Shown piece after piece: positions 31,597-42,925 of a stretch of 57,289 nt of DNA; within the stretch, counting starts at the first letter, position 1, and the number at the start of each line of letters is the position of its first letter. Origin of the DNA: Andalucia godoyi And28. Lineage: Eukaryota; Protista; Jakobida. The stretch is from the NCBI GenBank assembly GCA_009859145.1, contig VRVR01000059.1:114443-171731 (forward strand). Reading direction: 5' to 3'. Position numbers and translations under genes: made by a program. The notes beneath the pieces were generated by a model. That model made no database searches. It saw only the letters and a program-made list of their open reading frames with translations, and was not told where the DNA came from.

Positions 31597-33148
31597 CAGC
31601 ATCGCTGTCGGTCACTACAAAGTTGTCCATACCAGGATCGCCGTATTGCGCCTGCAGCCGCTGCCTGCGCTGCCGGTCCAGCTCATTTTGCACGTCAACG
31701 GGATCTGTGAATTCGCTGGAAACCGTCTGGTATGTGGTGATGATAAGGTCCCACCTCTTGATGTCCAGCGGATCTCGATTTGGGCCGTGATAGATCCCAT
31801 ATTTCAACGCACCAGGCTGAAGATGCTCTTCAATCTGATCAACCCAAGAGCTCATCAGCGACAGAGGGCAAACAAGAAGAGTCTTTCCAAGGCCCCTCGT
31901 AGCGACCAGCAAGGACAGTGTCGACAGCGACTTTCCGAGTCCCATGTCATCTGCCAAGATTCCACCGCCGTACAAATCAGGATGTGTATCTTGGACAAGC
32001 CCTGTTCTTGTATCCTTGAAGTACACGCGGTCTTCAAAATTACGCGGCGGAAATGCAGCAGCTGTAGCAGTGGGAGAGATGGGGGAGGCGGTGATGGCAG
32101 GTTTCACATCGAGAGCGACCGGCTCCATATCCGTAACGCCTTGCCGATTTGCAGCATTCTCTGGAGCCGACATGGAGGGACCCGCCGACGTAGCCCGGGG
32201 CAACGTAATGTACGACGATGGCCCGTAGGATCCGACTTGGACGCGCCGAACGACTCTTTCCCAAAACATGTAGACGGGATGCGCCTCTGTGATCTGGATT
32301 GGGCTCTCGTGCTGCAGCATCCATGCAAGAGCCTGCTCCTGGTGTGGAAACAAGTGTGTTCGCACGCCTGGAGGGGTCGGCATCCGCGGGAGCTGTTGTC
32401 CGGTGGCGTCTGTACTCAAAAACGCGGCGTTGAACAATGCGGTCAAATCCCTCTGCGTCTCGGCGACAGTGCTTATAGTTCTCGCCAGCCCGACGCCGTC
32501 ATCGTAGTGCTGAAGTTCGTTTCGGATGTAGTAAACATTCTGAAGAGTGTCTGTGTACATTCGGATCTCGACAGGAATGCACAAGTCGTACATGTACGAG
32601 ACGCGTGCCTGTGCAGGAATCGTCCCTGTCATGTTCGTGATGACGTTTCCCTCCATCAGAGGGATCATCCGCCGCGCAACATCGTCCTTGATAGACCCGA
32701 TGCGCAGCGCCCTGCTCCTTGCCTTCTTTGGAATCGTGAACACTCCAATGCTTGTGTGGTTCCCAAGCCGCGACACGCCCACATCCGTACCGCCCAGCAT
32801 ATCCTGCCGCAGCGATCTGTCCAGCAGCGTTCCAATCCCCACAATCTTTGTTTTCAGAACCCCCACCAAGTAGCAGTTCTCCCCAGTACCCGACTGTCCA
32901 GCGGCCTGTAAACCCGACGGGACCTCGGACAAAGAAGAGGGCGAGGAAGATGCGGCGGCAGCTTGCCGAATGGCCGACTGCACATCCGACAATCTGAGCT
33001 TATGCCCAGAACCTGGATTCAAAGACGAAGCACCGGCCGAAATCAGTTCATCGCCGCAGCTGTCATTGCCCTCGCCCTCGCCCTCGCCCTCGGAAGAAGA
33101 GTCATCCAGCACCAGGACTCCCTGTGGGATAACTGGTGTGTTGCGCAT
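29597..33148 (-). CDS. RAD5/HLTF-like SNF2 helicase with RING finger and degenerate HIRAN domain
   Basis: GGILADDMGLGKS, DEAH box, RWCLTGTPVQN, RING CPIC..RCSHVYHTEC..CPLCR, KVLIFSQWTSFL, SLRAGGFGLNLTRA. Confidence 0.92.
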
Positions 33149-33247
33149 GTCCTCTCTACCAAGTTACCAACCTACCCAACAACCAAGAAGATCAGAACAA
33201 CAACAACAACAACGACGACGACGACGGCGATGAGGACAAAGAACAAA

Positions 33248-33317
33248 GCGGGAAAACAAAACACGACTGTCATTTTATGATATCGGAGTTTTTCAGCGGG
33301 GAAAAAATAGCGGGAAA
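33248..33317 (-). promoter_or_regulatory. Two E2F-like sites (TTTCCCGC) in the divergent promoter of the RAD5/HLTF-like gene and GTF3C5
   Basis: GCGGGAAA at 33248-55 and 33310-17. Confidence 0.4.
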
Positions 33318-33413
33318 CGGGACAAGACTCAAGTTCATTCCGACTCAACCAATGCTTTTGGCTGTTGTCTTGGTTCCGAAAGCATGCTGCGTTGTTGCGC
33401 TCGTTGTCGATCA

Positions 33414-33455
33414 GTCAGGTGTCAGGTGTCAGGTGTCAGGTGTCAGGTGTTAGGT
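33414..33455 (+). repeat. (GTCAGGT)5 plus one degenerate unit, heptamer tandem repeat
   Basis: Directly visible, about 30 bp upstream of the GTF3C5 ATG. Confidence 0.9.
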
Positions 33456-33487
33456 ATCGAGAAGGTTGAGCGTAAGTCGCATTGTGC

Positions 33488-35778
33488 ATGATGAGGAGGT
33501 CGACGACGACGACGACGACGACGAAGAAGAAGAAGAAGAAGACGACGACGAAGAAGGGCGAGGGTCAGGGTCAGCTTCAGGCAGTCGAGTTTCCAGGGCG
33601 TTTGAAAAATCCTCTTGATATTTTCCAATACGTCGATTTCCAATCGGTTTGTTTCACTCTTTTTTCTTCTTTCCTTTCCCCGTTTCCACCCTTTTATTTT
33701 TTTCTTGTTTGTGTGTGTTTGTGTGTGTGTGGAAACTTGATCTAATGCGTGGAGAGAGAGCGAGAGAGCGAGAGTTGGAAAGGACAGAATGTATTGACGT
33801 ATGATCCGGGAAATCTATCGTACCAGAGTCTTTATGGGTCCTCGAGCGGGACGAATGACGTGCTTGTCAAGGTCACCGTTAAGAAGCGAGGCGGCCGAAT
33901 CCTGTCCGTATGTCTTTCTCTGTGTCTCGTGCTGTATGTGTTGGGTTGCGGGTGTTTCCCCTCCCTTTCCTTCTCCTTTGCGTTTCCGAGGAATGTACTA
34001 ACAGGCATGTGTGTGGATAGACGTCGCATGAGGTAGTTGGGAGAGTGGGCTTGATGCTGCGGTTTGAGAAGGCGTGTGACTTCCAGTATCGGGCGGATGA
34101 GGGGGCGAGTGTGCTTGGGCTGCTGCAGATGGATCCGATGCGGGAGAAGGCCGAGGATCTTGCCGCGGAACCGCTGCTTGTCCGACCGCGAGAGTTTGCG
34201 TCGTTTCCAAATCATGCGGGGTACCATTTCAACCAGAACCCGAACCGAAAACTGCTGCTGTACAAGATGCATCACGACAGAAGCGCGTCGCATCTGGACT
34301 CGGTCATCCTGGGACTGAGCGCCGCGGAGCCAGTGCTGCAGTACACCACGATACGAGAGCTGACTGCCGCGACGGTGCTACCGTCACCCGGTGCCCAGTC
34401 GCAGTCGCAGATGCAAGTACATGGCGAGAGTGGACATGTGTCGGATGTGTACGACGTGCTCACCGCGTTTCTCAGGGCAATGTTTGACGAAAGACCAGTG
34501 TGGCCACCACCGCTGATTGCACATCGACTGCGATCGTTGCCAGAAGAGGTTGCGAAAAAGTACAAGCCAGCGGCAGTCATGGGCGGGATTGCGCTCTGGG
34601 TGGTGTGTCCTCCATATTGCAGGCTGTGGTTGAAGGTCGGGTTTGATCCGCGGAAGAGCCCGTCGAGCGTCGACTTCCAATCGGTGGACGTGCGCATTCC
34701 GTATCGCGTTTTTGACGAAGTAACGTCGCTTGTCTTGTCGGGTGCTGCGCTGTGGAGGCATCCTGGTTACCAGTCAGACTTGAAAAGGTTTGATCCGGAA
34801 GCGTTCTCGTCCAAGCCGCTGTTCTCTGTATTTTCCAAGTATCTCTTTTCGCGACAGTACTTGTTCCCGATATGCGAGATTGCAGTGGATCCGCGGATCG
34901 CGACAATCGTCAGATCTTCCATCGAGCCCGAGTGGCGCGAGAAATTCGGATGGCTTACTCCGAGTGCCATTTCCAAAATCCAGTCCATTCTGCTGGAGGA
35001 CTTGCATTCGTTCATGATGCTCGTGACGAGCGATCCTGTGCGCAATGTTATCGGTTCCGTTAACTGGCTCGGAGGACTCGTGGAAATGAGGTACCGCGTC
35101 AAGGAAATGCGAGAACTGCATACGATGGACACGGCAGGCGTAATGAAGCGCCAGATCCGCTCCATGGGTCGCAAGCGCGGACGCTTGGCCAAGGAGGAGT
35201 CGGGTTCCATGCGGAAACAAAAGACCAGGAAGACCTCCGAGTCCAGTCAAGCCGGTGCTGCTGAGAAGCAAAAGTCTGCTGGGTCTTTGACTCTTTCGTC
35301 CGTCGTCCGAGCGGACGTCATTGCCAGTCGTCAAGACGGCGACCCGCAGGTTGACGATGATGATCAGGAGGCTGGCGAGCAGGATCAGGAGCAGAAGCAG
35401 AAACGTGGGCAGGAAGAGGAAGAGGAGGAAGAAGAAGAAGAAGAAGCCGAATCGGATGATCTTGATGGTGATGGTAATGATGATGATCTTGAGGACGGTG
35501 ATCTTGATGATGGGGACGAAGACGAATTGGAGGAATTCATGGGATTCCGCACATCCGCAATCCCGCGAGCGATTCTCTCGCAGCAAGGAATCGTCGAAGA
35601 TGATGACAGCGATGGAAATAGCGATGACGGTCATAGTGGTATCGTTGATGCAGGCGGCGACCTCGGCTCTGGCCCCAACGCCACGGCCACTTTCCCCTTG
35701 AGGTTTGGCGGCCGGCGTGGAAACCGTGTCACGTGTGACGACGAGTATGAAGTTCCTGTTCCATCAAAGCGAGCATAG
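33488..35778 (+). CDS. GTF3C5: TFIIIC subunit 5 (Tau95/Tfc1); exons about 33488-33646, 33788-33907, 34021-35778
   Basis: AVEFPG (exon 1), DVLVKV (exon 2), VVGRV..RFEKACDFQY, FDERPVW, PYCRLWLKVGFDPRK..FQSVD.R, GW (exon 3); acidic tail. Donors GTTTGT 33647 and GTATGT 33908; the first acceptor is less certain. Confidence 0.8.
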
Positions 35779-36035
35779 TTAAAAAAAAATAAAAAAACCG
35801 AGTCACAGTCACGTTTTCTCAGTCTTTTCTCTCTCCGCGCGCTGCACACCTAGTACCGAAAAATAAAATACAATATGATATTATAATAATAATGATAATA
35901 ATAAAATGAAATGAAATGACAAACACAGATTTGGCGAAGCCGACAAGACGCATGTCGCGCTGTTTACCATAAACTTACAACCTACTTCTTGCCATGGGCA
36001 CGGAGCAGACATTTGGAGCGCAGACAGAGGGTGGA

Positions 36036-36890
36036 TCACGAGGGGCGAAAGGAAGTTGTGCCGGTCCACTGCGCGCCAGCATCGACACAAACCGCGGACG
36101 CAACGTTGCCTGTTTCCAAACAGACAAACCGCTTCCAATCCTCTGGGTCGAAATCCGCTGTTGCCCTCGTCTTTGCAACATGCGGATTCCAAACGACAAC
36201 ATCTCTCATGTTCTGTTTGGAGATCGCCAGCGTAGCCCGGCCGTCTCGTAGCTTCAATTCCGTGTCGCCGACATCCAGATACACTCGGTCGACTTCTCCG
36301 CAAAACGCAAAATCGGCGTCCTTCTCAACATCCGTCTGTCCTCCAAGCAGAGAGTCCTTGAACGTCCTTCCGGCAAGCCCGTTTACTCGCACAGTCTCGA
36401 CCGCATCGACCAAAAAGTACGTGTGCAGCGCACACGTAAAGGAGAACGCCTGCAAGCCCGTGTTCGCCACACGCCACCGAATCTCAAATGCTTCGTCTGA
36501 CAGCAGAAATTCAATCTCGGAAATAAACGAGTGATTCCATACCTTGCGAGTTGCTTCCGAGTCCGCGAGTCGCAGCGTCAGCCCAATGGACGGCAACGGC
36601 CCTGGCAGTGTCTCGCATTTTGCAAAGGACCACATCGAGTTTCTTGCAAACCCGTGCTGCGGAAGCACACCTGGCCCAAACTGCGGAAACACAAGCGGAA
36701 TGCCGCCGCGAATCGCCTTTGTTCCGTCCAGCACCGCTTTCGTCGATACAAACAAAACAGGCTTTCCTCGAATCGAAACGCTCGTGACGTGCGCACCAAA
36801 CGAATATACGCTGCACGACGATTCCCCAGACTGCGTACGCAGCTCGTACTCTACGATCCCATTCGGGCGATCCACTGTTCGCAGAGACAT
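36036..36890 (-). CDS. D-hexose-6-phosphate mutarotase / glucose-6-phosphate 1-epimerase
   Basis: GAHVTS, KAIRGGIPLVFPQFG, QHGFARN, ALHTYF, VVWNP, FVCLE. First ATG at 36890. Confidence 0.92.
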   Translation of the reverse strand: MSLRTVDRPNGIVEYELRTQSGESSCSVYSFGAHVTSVSIRGKPVLFVSTKAVLDGTKAIRGGIPLVFPQFGPGVLPQHGFARNSMWSFAKCETLPGPLPSIGLTLRLADSEATRKVWNHSFISEIEFLLSDEAFEIRWRVANTGLQAFSFTCALHTYFLVDAVETVRVNGLAGRTFKDSLLGGQTDVEKDADFAFCGEVDRVYLDVGDTELKLRDGRATLAISKQNMRDVVVWNPHVAKTRATADFDPEDWKRFVCLETGNVASAVCVDAGAQWTGTTSFRPS

Positions 36891-37098
36891 TTTCTTCTCG
36901 TCGCGTCCTATTCCTGTCAAGCCTGCAACCCAGTATAATCAGCACTCGGTCGGAGTTCGGACACACCTCTGCACGTTGTTGCTGCCTTTCTTGAACTGCG
37001 TTTGTTTGTCAATTGTGAAGATCGACCTTGGAGTATGGCTTCGTTGACAGCCGTCGACCCCGCCAGAATGGAGTGAGTGAGAGGACACGCATATATAT

Positions 37099-37200
<102 letters not shown>

Positions 37201-37291
37201 ATATGCAAAAAATCTTTACACGAACCCGCCCCGCGTGCCATCTGTGCTCCATAGGGATCATCGCGTTTTCGCAGAGGCCATCCAAGCAGTG

Positions 37292-40200
37292 TTAGTCGTC
37301 CACTGCATATCCAGTATAGTTTGCAGTGCGCTTGTCTAAGCCTTCTCGCACAGGACGACGCTCACCGTAATGATCCAGTCCAGTGCGCTCCTCGGGCTCC
37401 CTTTCAATCGACTCAATGGTATCTGCAGTGTCGTCGGCAAAAATGTCGCGCTTGTCCGCCTTCTGCACGAGATACAACAGCCGCCGCTCCCCTCCTTTGC
37501 GCATGTGGCGCTTCCAGAATTTGTAGACAAAGTCGCGACCGAGGCAAATCACTGGTATGAGGGGCATGAGAAGCCAGAAAGACGCAGACGTGCATATCTC
37601 AAAGAACATCCCATACGACCCCGAAATCTCCGCTGCATCCACAAATTCATACAGGTTTGTGTATATGAGATTGAAAATAAAGTAACTCGCAATCGACCCC
37701 CAAACAGCAATATGGTTCCACTTCGTCCAAGTCGATGTCTCGAGAGCCAGCTTCAAAGTAATCGTTATCACCACACATGCGTACATGATGAGCCCCATGC
37801 TATACAGACCAATTGTCTTTCCATTGCTGTAAACTGTCGAGTTATCCACAGCCCACACGGGGACAAAGAAGCAAACAAGCGAGTGGAAAATAGCATTCAA
37901 AATGTTGCACCAGAAAATGCGGCCCGTGAACAACTTGTTGTCGCGACCTTGCAGATACAGACGAGGATATCGCAGCGCTGCACGCTCGCTGACATCACGA
38001 TCAAAGATGCCGAAAGCAAGAATCGGGAATGCGGAAAAGACAACGTTGAACATGACAAGCGTCCATCGCTCATAAAGCGACGTTCCTGAGTAGCCGTTGT
38101 AGAAAATAAACCAAAGTTGCGTCAAGAACATTGCAGAATTCTTGTAGAAAGAATACAAAACAAGCTTTGCATTTCGACGATAGGAATGCCGACCATGAAC
38201 AAGTAACAAGCGCTGCAAGAACCGAAATTGGCCAATGGAATAGTCCGACGCACGGGCAGCCTGCATTCCCTCAAGACCAGAAATGCCAATGCCTACGTGT
38301 GCCGCCTGAATCATGGACACGTCATTCGCACCGTCACCAATTGCCAACGTGACAACATTCCGCGAGTACCGAACAAGTTCCACAACCTCGGCCTTCTGCA
38401 GGGGAGAGACGCGGCAGCAAATCACAGAGCGACATTGCTCCCCGAGCAACAGAAATGAACTGCGAAACCGTTCGCTGAGGGCTAAACTCAATGAGGTTCC
38501 GTCAATCACCAACCCTGCATCTCGATTTCCATTACGAGCAGCGGAGATCTTCCTCATCGATTCATCCAAGGACGCTCGGAAGCTTGCCTCATCTGCTGCG
38601 TTAATGACTGCAATTTCCTGGGTATCGTCCAAAAGAGCACACGCAAAACCAATATTAATGGCCGTCTCTTGCTTGTCACCCGTAAGCACCCAAGTTTTGA
38701 TTCCAGCTTTCGCAAGAATTTCGATTGTGTCTGGAACGCCTTCCTGCAGCTTATCCTCGATTCCCGTAGCACCAATAAGCTGGAGATCACGTTCAAAGTC
38801 TTCCGCAACCTGGTTGATCCGTCCTTCTCGGTCATTGAGCGCCAATGTCGCCTCGCGATACCTTTGCGTAAATGACTCGAATTCGGCAACTGAAAATTCA
38901 CGTTGTGCAAGACACAGCGTTCGCAGTCCCTCGGAAGCAAAATCTTGCAAGTGATCCACGGTGACATCAGAGTACTTGGCAGCAGGCACAAGCCGGGGAA
39001 AAATAACAGAATCCGCGCCTTTGCACAGGAGCAAGTGCTTGCCTTCGGGTGTTCGAATGACAACTGACATTCGCTTTCGTGTGGAATTGAATTCCAACGT
39101 CGCAATCAATTCGTAATTCTTGGATGTGCCACTCATTTCCATTCCGAGGGAAGTCGGTGTCCGTTTGTTGAAAAAGAACCCAAGAGATCGCGCGGCACCA
39201 ACAAGGGCCAAATCATCTGGCGACGAAGCTTGGTACGTAATGACACTCTCGTTGTCTTTCGACGGCTCTGGGACCACGGAATGACAGAGAGAAAGGAGCG
39301 TGAAAAACTCTGCGATTTGCGGCGAGCACGGCTCCCGCTTCCAATTGCCGTCCAGCAACTTTGGATCATAAAATCCAGAAGCGCCCTTTTTCCTGTACTC
39401 CTCCGGCCGAGTATCCTCCAGCGTCTTGCCCTGCCGCTTTGCAGCAGCTCGCGCGATTTCCGTCACGCCATATCCATATCGATAACCAGCAATGGAGCAT
39501 TTCATGAATTCCAGACGATTCTGCGTGAGGGTTCCTGTCTTGTCAGAAAAGACATACTGAATCTGGCCGAGCTCTTCGTTGAGCGAAGATGTTCGGGCTT
39601 GGGCCGGGGTGTTCGTTTCCGCAAAATACATGTGAATATCATTCGATATATAATATGCTTGGACGACTTTGACCATTTCAAGAGACACGTAGAGGGAGAT
39701 GGGGATGAGGTTGTTGAACAAGATCAGAAATGTAATGAATCCAAGTGCTCCCGCTGCCGCTGCAGACTGGTTGCTGGGGACGTACCACAGGTTTCCATTC
39801 TTCTCGGTCCACACTCCAAGGAGCACAGCACAGACAAACGACAACAAAAACAACCAGAGGAAGATGAACAAAATGTTCTTGTTTGTCAATCGTTCCATCT
39901 TGGATCGCTTGTGAGGGGGGTTTGTGGAGTTCTGCATAAGCTTCGTATGGATGCCGCTGTACACGACGAGTCCGTAGACCCACTTTGTGTTTTTCATGGT
40001 CATTCCTCGCAGCAAGATGTTATCATTGGTTAAGCTGATGGTCCTACCATTGATTTCCATGTTACCGTCATATCTATAAAGTTCCTTGTTCGGTTGCTCG
40101 CACTCAATTGAACACTTCAGTCCCGAAATAAGGTCTGGTGAACCAAACTGTCTTGTATCCATCACAGACGACCTGATCTTCAGATTCGTTTCTCCGTCCA

Positions 40201-40876
40201 GAGAGGACGTTTCGACGTAGCAAGTCCCGTGCGACTCCGATGAGGAAAGGAAAACCAAGTCTGCCGGGATGGGTTCGTCTCTCTCCAGAAAGACGACATC
40301 CCCAACACGAATTTCCGACCATTTCAATGTCATCTGCCTGCCGTCCCTGTAGACAGTGGCGTTCCTATTGTTGACCTCCTTGTCCGCCTGGTGTCTTTTG
40401 TAGTCTTCATAGGCGTCCTTGATTGCCGTAACGGTGATCACAATGGTCAGGGGCACGATGGTACCGAACTTTCCGGTTGGGGAGAGATTGGTCGAGACCT
40501 GGAGAATGGAAATGAGCAGAAAGTACAAGTTTGCAATTCGAGAAAACTGCTCGAACAGATTCTTTGGCAGAAAGGTGAGGATTGTGTACTTTGCTGTGGA
40601 AACGTAATTGTCGGGATACTTGAATGGCGCATGCGATGCCGAGTCGTTAGTCCAGACCAATCGCGATGTTCGTTCCGTGCATTCCGATCGTCGTTCCGAC
40701 GAGTATCCCGCTGATCCAGCTGCAGCTGCCATCAATGGAGTTCGTGAATCCGACGACCTAACGTTTGAGTACTTGCTGGACGATGCAACAAGCGGCAGTG
40801 CTGCAGATGATGATGATGATGATGACGACGACGACCCAGACGACGACCCAGAAGACGATATTCTCCCTCGGGGCAT
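37292..40876 (-). CDS. P4-type phospholipid-transporting ATPase (ATP8A/Drs2-like flippase)
   Basis: DGETNLK, PISLYVS, FSDKTGTLT, TGDKQETAINIG, CRVSPLQK, AIGDGANDVSMIQAA. First in-frame ATG at 40876; the frame stays open for about 300 bp further upstream. Confidence 0.95.
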   Translation of the reverse strand: MPRGRISSSGSSSGSSSSSSSSSSAALPLVASSSKYSNVRSSDSRTPLMAAAAGSAGYSSERRSECTERTSRLVWTNDSASHAPFKYPDNYVSTAKYTILTFLPKNLFEQFSRIANLYFLLISILQVSTNLSPTGKFGTIVPLTIVITVTAIKDAYEDYKRHQADKEVNNRNATVYRDGRQMTLKWSEIRVGDVVFLERDEPIPADLVFLSSSESHGTCYVETSSLDGETNLKIRSSVMDTRQFGSPDLISGLKCSIECEQPNKELYRYDGNMEINGRTISLTNDNILLRGMTMKNTKWVYGLVVYSGIHTKLMQNSTNPPHKRSKMERLTNKNILFIFLWLFLLSFVCAVLLGVWTEKNGNLWYVPSNQSAAAAGALGFITFLILFNNLIPISLYVSLEMVKVVQAYYISNDIHMYFAETNTPAQARTSSLNEELGQIQYVFSDKTGTLTQNRLEFMKCSIAGYRYGYGVTEIARAAAKRQGKTLEDTRPEEYRKKGASGFYDPKLLDGNWKREPCSPQIAEFFTLLSLCHSVVPEPSKDNESVITYQASSPDDLALVGAARSLGFFFNKRTPTSLGMEMSGTSKNYELIATLEFNSTRKRMSVVIRTPEGKHLLLCKGADSVIFPRLVPAAKYSDVTVDHLQDFASEGLRTLCLAQREFSVAEFESFTQRYREATLALNDREGRINQVAEDFERDLQLIGATGIEDKLQEGVPDTIEILAKAGIKTWVLTGDKQETAINIGFACALLDDTQEIAVINAADEASFRASLDESMRKISAARNGNRDAGLVIDGTSLSLALSERFRSSFLLLGEQCRSVICCRVSPLQKAEVVELVRYSRNVVTLAIGDGANDVSMIQAAHVGIGISGLEGMQAARASDYSIGQFRFLQRLLLVHGRHSYRRNAKLVLYSFYKNSAMFLTQLWFIFYNGYSGTSLYERWTLVMFNVVFSAFPILAFGIFDRDVSERAALRYPRLYLQGRDNKLFTGRIFWCNILNAIFHSLVCFFVPVWAVDNSTVYSNGKTIGLYSMGLIMYACVVITITLKLALETSTWTKWNHIAVWGSIASYFIFNLIYTNLYEFVDAAEISGSYGMFFEICTSASFWLLMPLIPVICLGRDFVYKFWKRHMRKGGERRLLYLVQKADKRDIFADDTADTIESIEREPEERTGLDHYGERRPVREGLDKRTANYTGYAVDD

Positions 40877-41798
40877 GGATACACGCTGATCTCGGATCCA
40901 CGGCAACGACAGAAGGGGAGGTGCAGGAGGTGCAAGAGGTGCACGGGATGCTCGTACTTTGCGGCGCCGATTCTGCGATTCAACAAGCAGCGGAGAGGAC
41001 GGATCCAAATCACTGTCCGAGTCCGAGTCCGAGTCCGAGTCCGAGATAGAGTTCGGGTCAGCAACAGGCGGTGTCGAGCGACGAAGAGCAGTGGGGATCC
41101 AGCGATCAGCACGACGAACCACAGACTCGAAAACCCGGATCAACAGCGCACGGTGCCGAAATATAGGAAGGACCGTTCTTGATGATGATGCCCGTGCAGA
41201 AGAACCTTTTTAACCTTGCAATAACAACACACACCAGTGAAAAACAAAACAAACAAAACAAAGAAAAAACAACGCATAAAGAAATGAAAAGAAAAGAAAA
41301 GAAAAGAAAAGAAAAGAAAAAGGTAAATTGCGTCTATGATGAATCCACTTTAGATATAGACTTTCTTTTTGCTCGTTTCTGTCCACTACTAATTTTATGA
41401 ATGAAAGGGAAAAAAGGGAAAGGGAAAATCGACAATGAGCCACGGAGCAGAAAACATTTTTTTTTTTCCTTTTGGCAATCAGCAAAAAAGGGACTTTTGC
41501 GGAGAGAAAGCAGAGGAAGCCAGGGGAAAACGAAAAGCCCAAAAAACCCTAGCGGGAACTTGCAATTCTCCCCGATTTTTTTAAAGTCGGGAAAGAAAAA
41601 AGCTCTCTTGATGGTTCGCTCAACTTTTTTTTATATTACCAAGCTTCAAGCTTCAAGCCTCAAGCCTTGCTCTTTTCTCTCTCGTCGTCTTTTCACGCCG
41701 TCTCCTTTTTTCATCGGTGTTTTGTATGCTTGTTGGTTTGTCTCTTCTCCAATTCATCGTTCATCATAGTGCAGATAGAGACAGCAGACCGGCGCACC

Positions 41799-42632
41799 AT
41801 GGTTTCCGCTCCTGCTGATCGCATTCGCGAGGTTTGGGCGTTCAATTTAGACCGCGAGATTGATGTGATCGCGAGTCTTCTTCCGCGGTATCCGTTTATT
41901 TCGATGGATACGGAGTTCCCAGGCATTGTCGCGAAGCCTGCTGGGTATTTCCGGTCGCCCACAGACCGTGTGTACCAGACGGTGCGTTGCAATGTGAACA
42001 ATTTGAAGCTGATCCAGGTTGGGCTTACCTTGTGTGATGAGCACGGGAATGTGCCGGATGGGGTGTGTTGCTGGCAGTTTAATTTCAAGTTCAATCTCTC
42101 GGAGGATTTCCATGCGCCGGACTCGATTGACCTGCTTTCAAAGTCGGGCATTCGGTTCCCGCAGCTTGTGAGCGACGGCATTGAGGCCGACGATTTTGCA
42201 GAGCTCGTGCTTACGTCGGGGCTTGTGCTGTCCCCGAGTGTAACGTGGATCACGTTCCATGCAGGATACGATTTCGCATACCTGCTGCGCGTTCTCACTG
42301 GAAAGAGCTTGCCGACTACGGAAGAAAAGTTTTTCCTGGATCTCCTCACCTTTTTCCCCGTTGTCTACGACGTCAAGCACCTCATGAAGTGCACAGACAC
42401 TCTCAAGGGTGGGCTTGATCAGCTTGCAGACGACCTCGGTGTCGAGCGGATCGGCGCGGCACACCAAGCGGGATCAGACTCCATGCTCACCCAAGCTGCA
42501 TTTTTCAAGCTTGTCAACGCACAGTTCAAGGCCGACTGGGAGGCTGCAAACAAAAAGTTTGAAGAAAAGTACTGCGGCGCAATTCATGGGCTGTCGCGGT
42601 TCAAGCGACCTGCAGATGCGCCCTTCTACTAG
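41799..42632 (+). CDS. CAF1: CCR4-NOT deadenylase subunit CAF1/POP2 (DEDDh)
   Basis: IREVWA.NL, ISMDTEFPG, LKLIQVG.TL, WQFNF.F, WITFHAGYDF.YL, HQAGSDSMLT. Confidence 0.96.
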   Translation: MVSAPADRIREVWAFNLDREIDVIASLLPRYPFISMDTEFPGIVAKPAGYFRSPTDRVYQTVRCNVNNLKLIQVGLTLCDEHGNVPDGVCCWQFNFKFNLSEDFHAPDSIDLLSKSGIRFPQLVSDGIEADDFAELVLTSGLVLSPSVTWITFHAGYDFAYLLRVLTGKSLPTTEEKFFLDLLTFFPVVYDVKHLMKCTDTLKGGLDQLADDLGVERIGAAHQAGSDSMLTQAAFFKLVNAQFKADWEAANKKFEEKYCGAIHGLSRFKRPADAPFY

Positions 42633-42925
42633 AGCCCCGACTCGTCGTGTTCGTCTTCTCGTCCATCTTTTTTTTAATCTTGCTCTTGTTCCTGTTCTTT
42701 TTCTTCTTTTTCTTCTTTTTCCTCCTTTATTATTATTATTGCTATTTTTTATTTTTTATTTTTAATAATATTATTTGTTTTGTATAGCACCCTCTCAAGT
42801 CTTCATCCATCCAGTATGCACAATGCTCCACAATAAACAGGGCTTTCTGTTATGTGCTACCGTAAAAACGCATACCTCTCTCCAGAAGCCTTGGGAAAAC
42901 ATGAACGCCAGACTTTAATTATTTT

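Noticed and set aside
31031-32911. 626-aa plus-strand ORF
   Set aside because: Antisense shadow of the RAD5/HLTF-like gene; no motifs. The same applies to long antisense ORFs such as 24916-25965 and 15913-16767.
37250-37300. Possible frameshift or readthrough at the P4-ATPase C-terminus (TGYAVDD-stop)
   Set aside because: The TGYA regulatory-type motif is already included, and alternative frames add only short unconserved tails.
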